Source: Nitrospirota bacterium (lineage in GTDB: Bacteria > Nitrospirota > Thermodesulfovibrionia > Thermodesulfovibrionales > Dissulfurispiraceae). From it: a stretch of DNA of 64,000 nt. Shown here piece by piece: positions 9,738-19,177 of the stretch. The stretch is from assembly GCA_963790025.1 (NCBI GenBank), contig CAWBMP010000002.1, forward strand, positions 640,001 to 704,000. Reading direction: 5' to 3'. How positions within the stretch are numbered: the first letter of the stretch is position 1; every line of letters begins with the position of its first letter. Under the pieces are notes generated by a model. That model saw nothing but the letters and a program-made list of their open reading frames with translations. It did not search any database and was not told the origin of the DNA. Position numbers and translations under genes: made by a program.

Positions 9738-10103
9738 TCATTTCTTTGACCCCCTCAACGCCATCACAATTTTGTTCAAATTATTGTAAATATAAATCAA
9801 ATGCTTTTCTAATTCTTCTGCTTGTTGAGCATCAATATAACCAACTCTCTTGCCGTACTCTAAATGACTTTGAGTCTCTGTTAACGATCCTCTAGCTATG
9901 TAATAAAAGTTTATTTTGTCGGATGTATGATTTCTTCCAAATGCCTCTGCAATATTAGCTGATATGCTAACAGCAGACCTTCTTATTTGTGAAGTAAATC
10001 CGTAATCCTCTTTTCGAGGCAATACTTCAGTAAATTTATACACTGTTTCAGCAATCTCAATAGCGTCTTGCCAGATCGGCATTTCTTTGAAAGTTTTATA
10101 CAC
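9738..10103 (-). CDS. Four-helix-bundle protein (IVS/Avd-like), copy 2
   Basis: Same length (121 aa) as 7844-8209 and about three-quarters identical by manual comparison. Confidence 0.9.
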   Translation of the reverse strand: MYKTFKEMPIWQDAIEIAETVYKFTEVLPRKEDYGFTSQIRRSAVSISANIAEAFGRNHTSDKINFYYIARGSLTETQSHLEYGKRVGYIDAQQAEELEKHLIYIYNNLNKIVMALRGSKK

Positions 10104-10109
10104 TTCCTT

Positions 10110-10178
10110 CTTTGCCTTTACTTTACCTCTACCTCTACCTCTACCTTTACCTTTACCTTTGCCTGAGCCTTTGCCCTG
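10110..10178. repeat. Hexamer tandem arm (TACCTC/TACCTT) overlapping the 3' end of the phosphomannomutase gene
   Basis: ctttacctctacctctacctctacctttacctttacctttgcc; encodes the tail AKAQAKVKVKVEVEVEVK. Confidence 0.9.
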
Positions 10179-11575
10179 TCCAGCTCATCTTCCAGAAATG
10201 CCTTGTATCCGGCAAGGCTCTCTTCGTCCTTTGCTTCGGCCCTCATAACGATAACAGGCTGAGTATTGCTCGTCCGTATGAGTCCCCATCCTTTTTCAAA
10301 TAACACCCTGATTCCGTCAATCAAATTGACATCGATAATCCTGTATGGCGCATTGCCGTTTTCTTTATGGGTAATGAGGTGGGATATCACATTGTCCACA
10401 ACCTCTTTCTTCCTGTCTTCAGCGCACTCATGTCTGATTTCAGGGGTGTATGACATACGGGGAACATCGGAAAGAAGCTCCTTTATGCCCTTCCCCCTTT
10501 TCTTCATGATCTCGACAAGCCTGAAAGTGGTGTATAGTGCGTCATCGTATCCGAAATAGTTGTGAGCGATAAAGATATGCCCGCTGAATTCTCCGGCAAG
10601 AAGAGCGCCCTCTTCCTTCATTTTTTGTTTTATGAGGGAGTGCCCGGTCTTCCACATAATGGGAACACCACCGTGTTTTTCTATTGCATCGAACATTACC
10701 TGAGAGCATTTTACGTCACCTATCACTTTGGCCCCGGAGTTTTTGCTCAATAGTTCCCTGCCCAGGATTATCATGAGCTGGTCTCCCCAAACAATGTTTC
10801 CCTCTCTGTCAACAACGCCGATCCTGTCAGAGTCTCCATCATATCCGACGCCGATATCCGCTCCCGACCGCTTCGTTTCCTGGATCAAATCCTGTAAGTA
10901 TTCGACTACTGTCGGATCAGGGTGGTGATTGGGAAATCTTCCGTCAGGCTCGCAGTAAAGCGGGACCACATCACATCCCATACCACTCAGAATTTCCGGT
11001 GCGACCATGCCGGCGGTGCCGTTTCCTGCATCCACAACTATTTTCACCTTCCTGAACCCTGAATCGTTAAGATATGCAAACTGTTTCAGCATAAATTCTT
11101 TATAGTCGCTTACTATATTGTATTTCTCTATCTGCCCCTCTACCTCTACTTTTATCTCTTCCTCTGCTTTTATTATCTCTTTCAGTCTTTGGATAGCGCT
11201 GCCGTGAATGGTATCTTTCCCCACACTGACCTTAAAGCCGTTATATTCAGGAGGGTTATGACTTCCTGTGACCATGATCCCGCCATCGAGGCCGAGATGA
11301 TAGAGTGAAAAATACTGAACAGGTGTCGGGCAGACCCCTATATCATATACATCGAGGCCCGAGGACACGATTCCTCTCATAAGCCCCGCAGCAAGCTCAT
11401 CGGAGCTTAGCCTCACATCTTTTCCAACACTTACACGTTTTGCCTGAGGTATACATGATTTTACCATTGAGCCAAACGCCTTCCCGATAAGCACTGCCAT
11501 ATCAGCGGTAAGGTCTTTACCTGCTATTCCCCTTATATCATATTCCCTGAAAATCGTATCTGATAACATAGTCAA
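10118..11575 (-). CDS. Phosphomannomutase/phosphoglucomutase (AlgC/ManB type)
   Basis: FREYDIRG, TGSHNP and DGDSDR motifs. Confidence 0.95.
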   Translation of the reverse strand: MTMLSDTIFREYDIRGIAGKDLTADMAVLIGKAFGSMVKSCIPQAKRVSVGKDVRLSSDELAAGLMRGIVSSGLDVYDIGVCPTPVQYFSLYHLGLDGGIMVTGSHNPPEYNGFKVSVGKDTIHGSAIQRLKEIIKAEEEIKVEVEGQIEKYNIVSDYKEFMLKQFAYLNDSGFRKVKIVVDAGNGTAGMVAPEILSGMGCDVVPLYCEPDGRFPNHHPDPTVVEYLQDLIQETKRSGADIGVGYDGDSDRIGVVDREGNIVWGDQLMIILGRELLSKNSGAKVIGDVKCSQVMFDAIEKHGGVPIMWKTGHSLIKQKMKEEGALLAGEFSGHIFIAHNYFGYDDALYTTFRLVEIMKKRGKGIKELLSDVPRMSYTPEIRHECAEDRKKEVVDNVISHLITHKENGNAPYRIIDVNLIDGIRVLFEKGWGLIRTSNTQPVIVMRAEAKDEESLAGYKAFLEDELDRAKAQAKVKVKVEVEVEVK

Positions 11576-11580
11576 ATATA

Positions 11581-11752
11581 AACCACAGAGTACCCAGAGG
11601 AAAGCGACTTTTAGGTTAAAAAACCAACGTCAAAGCCGGGAGATCACTGAGAATAAACAAAACAACTTTAGCGGCCTTCTCTGTGTCCTCCGGAATCTCT
11701 TTGTGTTTTTGTTTTTAATAATATTAAGATTTTCTCTGTGTTCTCTGTGGTT
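11581..11752. repeat. Inverted-arm element with ~9-nt ACACAGAG-type units
   Basis: aaccacagag...ctctgtgttctctgtggtt ends around an AT-rich spacer. Confidence 0.7.
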
Positions 11753-11767
11753 AACTTTCATCTCCTT

Positions 11768-12739
11768 TTATAATTTAATGCCCTTGAGCCAGCTTAGATT
11801 GTTAAGATACCACTCAACGGTCTTTTTCAGCCCTTCATCGAGATCAGTTTCAGGTCTCCAGTTCAGCAGTCTTCCAGCCTTTGTGATATCGGCACTCGTT
11901 TCGGTCATGTCTGTTTTCAGAAAGGGCTTGTAATCAATAACCGCCTTTTTCCCCAGCAATTCTTCGAGCCTGCTGATCACGTAGTTCAGCGAGCGGGGAC
12001 TTTTTCCTCCACCCAGGTTGATGATTTCATACCCTGTCTCTTTGAGCCCCTTGATAGTGCCGGCCGCTATATCGTCAATATACGTAAAATCCCTGCTCTG
12101 CGTCCCATCACCGAACAGTTCCAGCGGCTTCCCTTCATCTATCCACTTGATAAACCGGAATATGCTCATATCAGGTCGTCCGGCAGGACCGTAAACCGTG
12201 AAATACCGCAGCACAGATATGTCGAGATCAAACAGATAATGATAGGTATAAGCCATGGCTTCGGCAGCCTTTTTAGATGCCGCATAGGGTGAAATAGGTG
12301 TATTGACCGGCAGGTCCTCGGTAAAAGGCATTTTTTGCCCGGCATAAAGGGAAGAGGTCGATGCATGCACCAGCTTTTTTACTTCATATTTACGCATCAG
12401 CTCAAGGAGGTTTAAGACTCCCTGAGCATTGGTGCTCATATAAACGTGCGGGTTCTTTATGCTGTAGCCCACACCGGCGCGGGCGGCAAGATTGATGACT
12501 CCATCGAATTTATTGTCCCTGAAAATGGGGTCCATTGCTGCAAGATTTTCAATATCAATGTGGTAAAAAGTAAACCCCTTGTCCTTTTTCAGTCCCTCCA
12601 GCCTGTGGGTCTTTAATGTGACGTCATAATAGTCATTCATATTGTCGACGCCTATGACATTATTGCCCTCCTCGAGCAATTTTTGAGAAGTCTTACTGCC
12701 TATAAATCCCGCAGCCCCAGTTACCAGAATCGTTGTCAT
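11768..12739 (-). CDS. NAD-dependent nucleotide-sugar epimerase (UDP-glucuronate 4-epimerase-like)
   Basis: TGAAGFIG, YAASK and FTVYGPAGRPDM motifs. Confidence 0.9.
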   Translation of the reverse strand: MTTILVTGAAGFIGSKTSQKLLEEGNNVIGVDNMNDYYDVTLKTHRLEGLKKDKGFTFYHIDIENLAAMDPIFRDNKFDGVINLAARAGVGYSIKNPHVYMSTNAQGVLNLLELMRKYEVKKLVHASTSSLYAGQKMPFTEDLPVNTPISPYAASKKAAEAMAYTYHYLFDLDISVLRYFTVYGPAGRPDMSIFRFIKWIDEGKPLELFGDGTQSRDFTYIDDIAAGTIKGLKETGYEIINLGGGKSPRSLNYVISRLEELLGKKAVIDYKPFLKTDMTETSADITKAGRLLNWRPETDLDEGLKKTVEWYLNNLSWLKGIKL

Positions 12740-12837
12740 TTTATTCTCCTAAAAGTGTCAAAGCGTCAGAGGGTCAAAGTATCAGAGCAAACTTAAAACC
12801 AATGAAAAATCTGACAGTTGTTATAATACCAGACCGC

Positions 12838-13329
12838 TTATTTCTTTTTCAGGAGTTCTTTTTCAATCTCAACACGCGCCTGGTACTCTATTGTACTGAG
12901 CAGCACTACAATACGGTCCTTGTCTTTCATCTCCCGCTCAAAGATCCCTATGAATCCTGTGAAAGGGCCCTCGGTTATCTCCACTTTATCACCGACTTTA
13001 ATATCCGGGCTTATGACAATAAGCCCCTCCTCATTCATTCGTGACTTGATAATACTGATTATGTCTTCGCTTACAGGCCAAGGGATCCCTTTATTCCCTA
13101 TAATGCCCCTTACGCCGCGCGCATATTTAATCAAGTGATACTGGCGGAACGGATCGAATTTAGCAAACAGATAGTTGGGGAAAAAAGGCCGGATAACGTG
13201 CTCATACTTACCGCGCACGAGCCTTTTCCTTCGCAGTTTCGGATTGAACACTTCAATCGAAGCACGGGCAAGGTTTTCTTCTGCTCTATCCTCCTGCTTC
13301 GGCTTTGTATAAATAGCATACCAGTTCAT
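12838..13329 (-). CDS. RfaH/UpxY-like NusG-paralogue antiterminator
   Basis: WYAIYTKPKQE, PFFPNYLF (NGN domain); KOW GDKVEITEGPF; first gene of the polysaccharide operon. Confidence 0.85.
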   Translation of the reverse strand: MNWYAIYTKPKQEDRAEENLARASIEVFNPKLRRKRLVRGKYEHVIRPFFPNYLFAKFDPFRQYHLIKYARGVRGIIGNKGIPWPVSEDIISIIKSRMNEEGLIVISPDIKVGDKVEITEGPFTGFIGIFEREMKDKDRIVVLLSTIEYQARVEIEKELLKKK

Positions 13330-13444
13330 ATTATCGAGAATGTAGCCTTCAAGATTTTATTGTAACATATACCCCCTTTACAGGAAAGTAAGCAGTATTC
13401 TCGCTGCTTACTAAAAGGGCCTCTATTCCGTTATAATATAGCTT

Positions 13445-14983
13445 ATGTTATTCCCGGACTTTAATGAATTCAAGACATTGACCCGCCAGGGCAACCTGAT
13501 TCCCGTCTATAAGGAGATACTCGGGGACATCGAGACACCCGTGAGCGCATTTCTTAAGCTCGGGAAGAAGCCGTCCTTTCTTTTGGAGAGTGTTACGGGC
13601 GGCGAGAAATGGGCCCGATATTCATTCCTCGGCATCGATCCTGCCCTGACCCTCAGATGTACAGGCAAAAAGGTAACTATCCAGGAAAAGAAAAAAACTT
13701 CCCATTTAGAAACCGATGATCCGCTTTCCGTAATAAAGGACATCTTGTCACAGTTTACACCTGTCGAAACAGCCGGTCTGCCTCGGTTCTCCGGCGGTTT
13801 TGTCGGCTATATTGGATATGATGTGGTTAAGTTCTTTGAGCGGCTCGCCGATTCCCCGAAACCGACGTTGGACATGCCTGACATTTTTATGATGCTCACC
13901 GATACAATGCTGATATTCGATAACCTCCGGCAGACCGTCAAGGTCGTGTCAAACGTACATATAAAAGACGGGCAAAAGGCGAAGGACGAAAGGCTAAAGG
14001 AAGAAGATATTGAGAAGGCTTACCTGGACGCAGAAAAGCGGATAGATAAGATAATAAAGAAGTTAGAGGTTGGAGGCAAGAGGTTTGAGGCAAAAAGCAC
14101 AACCTCCAACCTCCAACCTCTAACCTCCAACTCCTCTTCTGTTGATTTCTCTTCCAACTTTACGAAAGAGGGCTTTATGGACGCTGTTGTTAAAGCCAAA
14201 GAATATATAATGGCAGGCGATATATTGCAGGTGGTCCTTTCACAGCGGTTTGAGACAGAGGCCCCTTTCAACCCGTTCGATCTCTACCGTGCTCTCAGGG
14301 TGATTAACCCTTCACCCTATATGTACTACCTCGATACCGGCGATGCGCAGCTTGTCGGCTCTTCACCTGAAATACTCGTCCGGCTGGAAGGCGAAAAAAT
14401 AACGCTCAGGCCCATTGCCGGGACGCGAAAAAGGGGTGACAACGAAGATGCCGACAAGGCGCTTGAGGAAGACCTCAAGAAAGATCCCAAAGAAATGGCG
14501 GAGCATATAATGCTTGTCGATCTGGGAAGGAACGATGTCGGGAGGGTTTCCGAAATAGGCTCGGTCAAAGTGACTGACGTGATGAATGTCGAACGCTACA
14601 GCCATGTGATGCACCTTGTCTCCAACGTTGAGGGGAGGCTCAAAAAAGGACTCGATGCCATTGATGTATTTAAAGCATGCTTTCCCGCCGGCACGGTAAG
14701 TGGTGCTGCAAAGGTAAGGGCCATGGAGATCATAGAGGAGCTGGAGCCTACAAAGCGCGGACCGTATGCCGGCTCGGTCGGGTATTTCAGCTATTCGGGC
14801 AATATGGACATGTGTATTACCATACGAACGCTGATTATAAAAAACGGTAAAATATTTGTTCAGGCGGGAGCAGGCATTGTGGCGGACTCTGCTCCTGAGA
14901 ACGAGTATACCGAGACAGTCAACAAGGCGATGGCGATGATGAAGACCGTGGAGTTTTTTGAAAAAAACTCAGGTAAAGGTTAA
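13445..14983 (+). CDS. trpE: Anthranilate synthase component I
   Basis: LLES, NPSPYM, PIAGT and EHIMLVDLGRND motifs. Confidence 0.95.
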   Translation: MLFPDFNEFKTLTRQGNLIPVYKEILGDIETPVSAFLKLGKKPSFLLESVTGGEKWARYSFLGIDPALTLRCTGKKVTIQEKKKTSHLETDDPLSVIKDILSQFTPVETAGLPRFSGGFVGYIGYDVVKFFERLADSPKPTLDMPDIFMMLTDTMLIFDNLRQTVKVVSNVHIKDGQKAKDERLKEEDIEKAYLDAEKRIDKIIKKLEVGGKRFEAKSTTSNLQPLTSNSSSVDFSSNFTKEGFMDAVVKAKEYIMAGDILQVVLSQRFETEAPFNPFDLYRALRVINPSPYMYYLDTGDAQLVGSSPEILVRLEGEKITLRPIAGTRKRGDNEDADKALEEDLKKDPKEMAEHIMLVDLGRNDVGRVSEIGSVKVTDVMNVERYSHVMHLVSNVEGRLKKGLDAIDVFKACFPAGTVSGAAKVRAMEIIEELEPTKRGPYAGSVGYFSYSGNMDMCITIRTLIIKNGKIFVQAGAGIVADSAPENEYTETVNKAMAMMKTVEFFEKNSGKG

Positions 14984-15079
14984 GGTATAGGTAAAGTTAA
15001 AAAAGGAAGTCCGAGGCAGAGGCAAAAATATAAAGAGATTTTTGGTTTTCCTCTTAACCTCAACCTTTACCTTTACCTG
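14970..15079. repeat. Gene-less inverted hexamer-arm element between trpE and trpG
   Basis: caggtaaaggttaaggtataggtaaag ... cttaacctcaacctttacctttacctg. Confidence 0.85.
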
Positions 15080-15101
15080 CCTTTGTTCTAGTGAGGTTAA
15101 T

Positions 15102-15686
15102 ATGCTTTTAATGATAGACAATTACGATTCCTTTACGTACAACCTTGTGCAGTACCTGGGCGAACTGGGTGAAACGATCGAGGTCTTCAGGAATGACCGG
15201 ATCACGATTGAAGAGATCGAGAAAAAACAGCCTGAAAGGATTGTCATTTCTCCCGGGCCCTGTACACCTCTTGAGGCAGGTATATCCATAGAGACAATAA
15301 GGCACTTTACAGGAAAAATCCCTATACTCGGAGTGTGTCTCGGCCATCAGTCAATAGGCGCTGCCTACGGAGGAGATATCATAAGGGCACCCCTTCTCAT
15401 GCACGGCAAGACCTCCGTTATTTATCATGACGGAAAAACATTGTTCAAAGACCTGCCAAATCCCTTTGAAGCCACCCGTTACCATTCCCTTATAATCAAG
15501 AGAGAAACACTGCCCGAATGCCTTGAAATTACCGCCTGGACAAACGACGAAATCATTATGGGAGTGAGGCACAAGGAATTTCTTGTTGAAGGCGTCCAGT
15601 TCCATCCCGAATCTATACTTACGTCAACAGGCAAGGACATACTCAGGAATTTCATACGGCTTACGGCCCCTGGAGGCACGCAGTGA
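15102..15686 (+). CDS. trpG: Anthranilate synthase component II (glutamine amidotransferase)
   Basis: [18 protein letters not shown] and QFHPES motifs; GAGG Shine-Dalgarno before ATG 15102. Confidence 0.95.
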   Translation: MLLMIDNYDSFTYNLVQYLGELGETIEVFRNDRITIEEIEKKQPERIVISPGPCTPLEAGISIETIRHFTGKIPILGVCLGHQSIGAAYGGDIIRAPLLMHGKTSVIYHDGKTLFKDLPNPFEATRYHSLIIKRETLPECLEITAWTNDEIIMGVRHKEFLVEGVQFHPESILTSTGKDILRNFIRLTAPGGTQ

Positions 15687-16693
15687 TAAAGGAGGCGATT
15701 AGCCTCGTAATTCAGAATATCAGTCTGTCCGAGGCCGAGATGGCGGAATGCATGACCGAAATAATGGAAGGCAGGAGCACGGACTCCCAGATCGGAGCAT
15801 TTCTCACCGCCCTCAGAATAAAGGGTGAAACTATTGAAGAGATAACCGGCGCTGCCCGGGTAATGCGTGAGAAAGCCACGAAGATAACGGCCCCTGAAGG
15901 TGTTATCGATACCTGCGGCACAGGCGGGGACATGTCCAACACCTTCAATATCTCCACCGCGGCAGCAATCGTAGTGGCGGCATGTGGGGTGCCGGTGGCA
16001 AAACACGGCAACCGCTCTGTATCGAGCCAAACGGGGAGTGCCGACCTTTTGGAGGCATTGGGAGTAAAGGTGGACCTTCCTCCGGACAAAGTGGAACGAT
16101 GCCTCTTCGAGACAGACTTCGGCTTTCTCTTTGCACCTCTTTTCCACCCGGCAATGAAATTCGCCATAGGACCGCGGCGCGAAATCGGAATAAGGACCAT
16201 ATTCAATCTACTGGGCCCCCTTACCAATCCGGCAAATGCCAGGCGTCAGCTCACTGGAGTGTTTGCCGGCAGGTTGACCGAGCTTCTGGCTAAGGTGCTC
16301 GGCAATCTGGGCACCGTGGACGCGATGGTTGTACATGGAGAAGACGGCCTCGATGAGATCTCCATCTGCAGTGCTACAAAGGTGTCGCGGTATAGAAACA
16401 ATACCGTCGAGAATTTCTATATAAGGCCTGAAGATTACGGATTCAAGCTGGCGGATGCCGTTGATCTGACCGGAGGCAACAAGGAAGAAAATGCCCTCAT
16501 CACCAACTCCATCCTCAACGATATTGACGGCCCCCGGGGCGATATCGTGCTCCTGAACGCAGCCGCAGCCATTGTGGTGTCCGGGCACACCGATGATTTT
16601 ATTACTGCAAAGGAAATTGCCAAAGAAGCAATACGCAACGGGAAGGCCGCAAAAAAGCTGGAAGAAATCAAAAGAGTCACAAACTCTTTATAA
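15683..16693 (+). CDS. trpD: Anthranilate phosphoribosyltransferase
   Basis: DTCGTGGD and KHGNRSVSS motifs. Confidence 0.95.
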   Translation: MIKEAISLVIQNISLSEAEMAECMTEIMEGRSTDSQIGAFLTALRIKGETIEEITGAARVMREKATKITAPEGVIDTCGTGGDMSNTFNISTAAAIVVAACGVPVAKHGNRSVSSQTGSADLLEALGVKVDLPPDKVERCLFETDFGFLFAPLFHPAMKFAIGPRREIGIRTIFNLLGPLTNPANARRQLTGVFAGRLTELLAKVLGNLGTVDAMVVHGEDGLDEISICSATKVSRYRNNTVENFYIRPEDYGFKLADAVDLTGGNKEENALITNSILNDIDGPRGDIVLLNAAAAIVVSGHTDDFITAKEIAKEAIRNGKAAKKLEEIKRVTNSL

Positions 16694-16696
16694 AAC

Positions 16697-16830
16697 CAGT
16701 AAGAAGTAAGCAGCAAAAAAAGGTGATAAAAGCGTCGTCATGCCAGCTTGCAATCCGCAGGCATGACAAAAAGTGCCTCTCAGTTTGTTCTGTCTACTGC
16801 TTACTGCCTACTTCCTTCTTTTTTACTGCT
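16697..16830. repeat. Inverted heptamer-arm element (AGTAAGC type) with an internal hairpin, between convergent trpD and rmuC
   Basis: cagtaagaagtaagcagc ... gtcatgcc..ggcatgac ... ctactgcttactgcctact. Confidence 0.75.
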
Positions 16831-18281
16831 TACTCACCTTCTTCCGTGAATTCCAGTGCTACGTGTTCTATGGTTTTTGCTGTCTGGCTTATTTCAGCGG
16901 GCGTGATTATTTCCTTGGGGCTCGAAACGCCGAGTTCTTTGAACTTTTTTATTGAAGGGATAAGGCGCGTTTCCACCGACCGGACACCCTCATTGTAAGA
17001 CTCTACCGCCTTGCGGATCGCAAGGCCTGTCTTTGCGTAATGCTCCAGCATGACAGAAAAGCGTTCGTACAAGTCCTTGCCCAGCTTGCTTATCTCCTGC
17101 GCGCTCCTGGTGAGTTGTTCCTGCTGCCAGCCGTAGGCAATGGCCTTCAGCAGGGCGATACAGGTGGTGGGGGTAGCCAGGATAACCTGCTTGGCGCTGC
17201 CGTCCTCGATGAGCTTATGGTCATACTCGATAGCAGCGCTGAAAAAGGATTCGCCGGGCAGATACATGACCACAATCTCGGGGGATTGGGCAAACTGGTC
17301 CCAGTACGCCTTTGAACTGAGCATATTCATATGGTTCCTGACACTGCTTACATAATTCGCTATCGCCTTCTTCCGTTCGTCTTCCGAAGCAGCCGATACC
17401 ACGCTCATGAAAGCGTCGACCGGGGCTTTTGCATCAATGACAATTTCCCTTCCGTTCGGAAGGCGCACAATCATGTCGGGCCTCAGTCGCCCCGAATCGG
17501 TTGAGACCGATTCCTGCTCGTAGAAATCACAATAGGCCGTCATGCCCGCAAGTTCCACAACCCTCCTCAACCCCAGCTCTCCCCATGAGCCGCTGACCTT
17601 GGGCCTTCTCAGCGCGGTAACCAGGCTGTTCGTTTCACGCTGCAGTTGCTCGTGCATCGTGGAAAGCGACCTTAGCTGCTCGGTCAGGCTGCCGAAGCTT
17701 CTGTGTCTGTTCTCTTCGATTTCCCTGAGCTGCTGCTCGTATCTTTTAAGCATTTCCTGAAGAGGCCTGATCGTGCCGTCCATTGCCGCCTGGTGCTCTC
17801 CGAGCTTTCCTTTTGTGTCTGCAACGATCTTATTGAGATTTTCCGAAGCGAGCCTGAGAAAATCCTCACTGCTGCTCTTCAGTGCCGCAGAGGAAAGCAC
17901 GCTGAAAGTATCGCTTATCTCTTTTTTCATTACCTCGATGAGCTCTTTCTGCTGTTCAAGGTTCCTGTGAGAATCTTCAAGCCGCTTGTGCGATTCCTCA
18001 AGACGTGTTACGGTCTCTATCCGCTGATGCCTTTCCGCATCGAACTCTGCCCTTAATTGGCCTGTCTCCTGGTCCTTCTGCTGGATCTGCTGCCGTAGTT
18101 CACCAACGATCGCCTCGGCGCTTTTTGCTCTTCCTTCAAGTGCTGCGATCTGGCCCGCATACGTGGAGTGAAGTTCGGCAATAAGCCGAGCGTGTTTGCC
18201 CTGGTAGCGTGCTTGAATAATAAACCAGGCAACCACAACGCCGGCGATCAGTCCAAGACCTAAGAGGACCCATTCACTCAC
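16830..18281 (-). CDS. rmuC: DNA recombination protein RmuC
   Basis: N-terminal TM segment, coiled coil, GSWGE and RPDMIVRLP..IVIDAKAP nuclease-like motif. Confidence 0.9.
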   Translation of the reverse strand: MSEWVLLGLGLIAGVVVAWFIIQARYQGKHARLIAELHSTYAGQIAALEGRAKSAEAIVGELRQQIQQKDQETGQLRAEFDAERHQRIETVTRLEESHKRLEDSHRNLEQQKELIEVMKKEISDTFSVLSSAALKSSSEDFLRLASENLNKIVADTKGKLGEHQAAMDGTIRPLQEMLKRYEQQLREIEENRHRSFGSLTEQLRSLSTMHEQLQRETNSLVTALRRPKVSGSWGELGLRRVVELAGMTAYCDFYEQESVSTDSGRLRPDMIVRLPNGREIVIDAKAPVDAFMSVVSAASEDERKKAIANYVSSVRNHMNMLSSKAYWDQFAQSPEIVVMYLPGESFFSAAIEYDHKLIEDGSAKQVILATPTTCIALLKAIAYGWQQEQLTRSAQEISKLGKDLYERFSVMLEHYAKTGLAIRKAVESYNEGVRSVETRLIPSIKKFKELGVSSPKEIITPAEISQTAKTIEHVALEFTEEGE

Positions 18282-18661
18282 GGCAGTTCTTCAACAAGGT
18301 AGTCTATTTCCGTGCGGACCAGCGCCAGTATGGCAGGATGGGGGACAATGAGATATTTCTTGTTTTCAAACTCTATTTCAACCGCGGCATCCTTAAGGAA
18401 GAGTGCGTAATCCCCCTCAGCGGCCTGCAGCGGAATATACTTTAAATCCTCCGGCCTCTTTTTCCACGGTTCCTCGATCATGTCATTAGGGCCATGCAGG
18501 GGATAGCCGGGTCCTGTCTTCACTACATAACCGCCCTGCACTTTTTCTTTCTCTTTGACCGTGGGAGGGAGATAGAGGCCTGAATTCGTTCTGTCAAGCC
18601 GGTCATCAACATCTATAAGCACCCTGTCGCCGATAATGATAAGATTCTTCTTCGCTTTCAT
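18278..18661 (-). CDS. GroES-family (Cpn10-like) protein, no adjacent groEL
   Basis: IGDRVLI..SGLYLP..GYVVKTGPG. Confidence 0.8.
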   Translation of the reverse strand: MKAKKNLIIIGDRVLIDVDDRLDRTNSGLYLPPTVKEKEKVQGGYVVKTGPGYPLHGPNDMIEEPWKKRPEDLKYIPLQAAEGDYALFLKDAAVEIEFENKKYLIVPHPAILALVRTEIDYLVEELP

Positions 18662-18691
18662 GACTATTATTATAGCGTGATCGTGGTGGGT

Positions 18692-19177
18692 TTAGGGGAC
18701 AGCAGGCTGAGGGGTTTGATCCAGTTCCCTCATATCCCCGACATTGGCAATCCCGCCGTCCTTTTTCAGATAGATTACCCGGCTTATCATCGCGTTTTGT
18801 ATCATCCTCCTGCACAAGAGGCACGGCTTGCCGTCTGCGAATGTGTTGTCTTCTTCAAAACCCGCTATGTAGATAACAGCTTCCTTCATCCTCTCAGGAG
18901 CGCCATTGACCAGGGCATTCTGTTCCGCGTGCACCGCCTCGCACAGTTCGTACCGCTCTCCTGCAGGCACATTGAGTTCCTTCCTCGTGCAGCTTCCCTT
19001 GTCAATACAATTTATAGAGCCGCGCGGGGCGCCATTGTAACCCGTGCTCACAATAACATTATCTTTTACAATTACGGCTCCGTATCTTCTGCGCAGACAG
19101 GTGGAGCGGGACGCGACAACCTTTGCAATCTCCAGGAAGTAGTCTTCCCACGAAGGTCTGTTAAATGTTACTGACAC
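18692..19177 (-). CDS. dCMP/cytidine deaminase family protein
   Basis: RPSWEDYF, HAEQNA and PCLLC zinc motifs. Confidence 0.9.
   Translation of the reverse strand: MSVTFNRPSWEDYFLEIAKVVASRSTCLRRRYGAVIVKDNVIVSTGYNGAPRGSINCIDKGSCTRKELNVPAGERYELCEAVHAEQNALVNGAPERMKEAVIYIAGFEEDNTFADGKPCLLCRRMIQNAMISRVIYLKKDGGIANVGDMRELDQTPQPAVP

Noticed and set aside
7844..10103. Diversity-generating retroelement (Avd-like genes)
   Set aside because: No reverse transcriptase and no template/variable repeat pair with adenine-specific mismatches seen in the window.
7844..10103. 23S rRNA intervening sequence
   Set aside because: The flanks are protein-coding sugar genes; no rRNA sequence is present.
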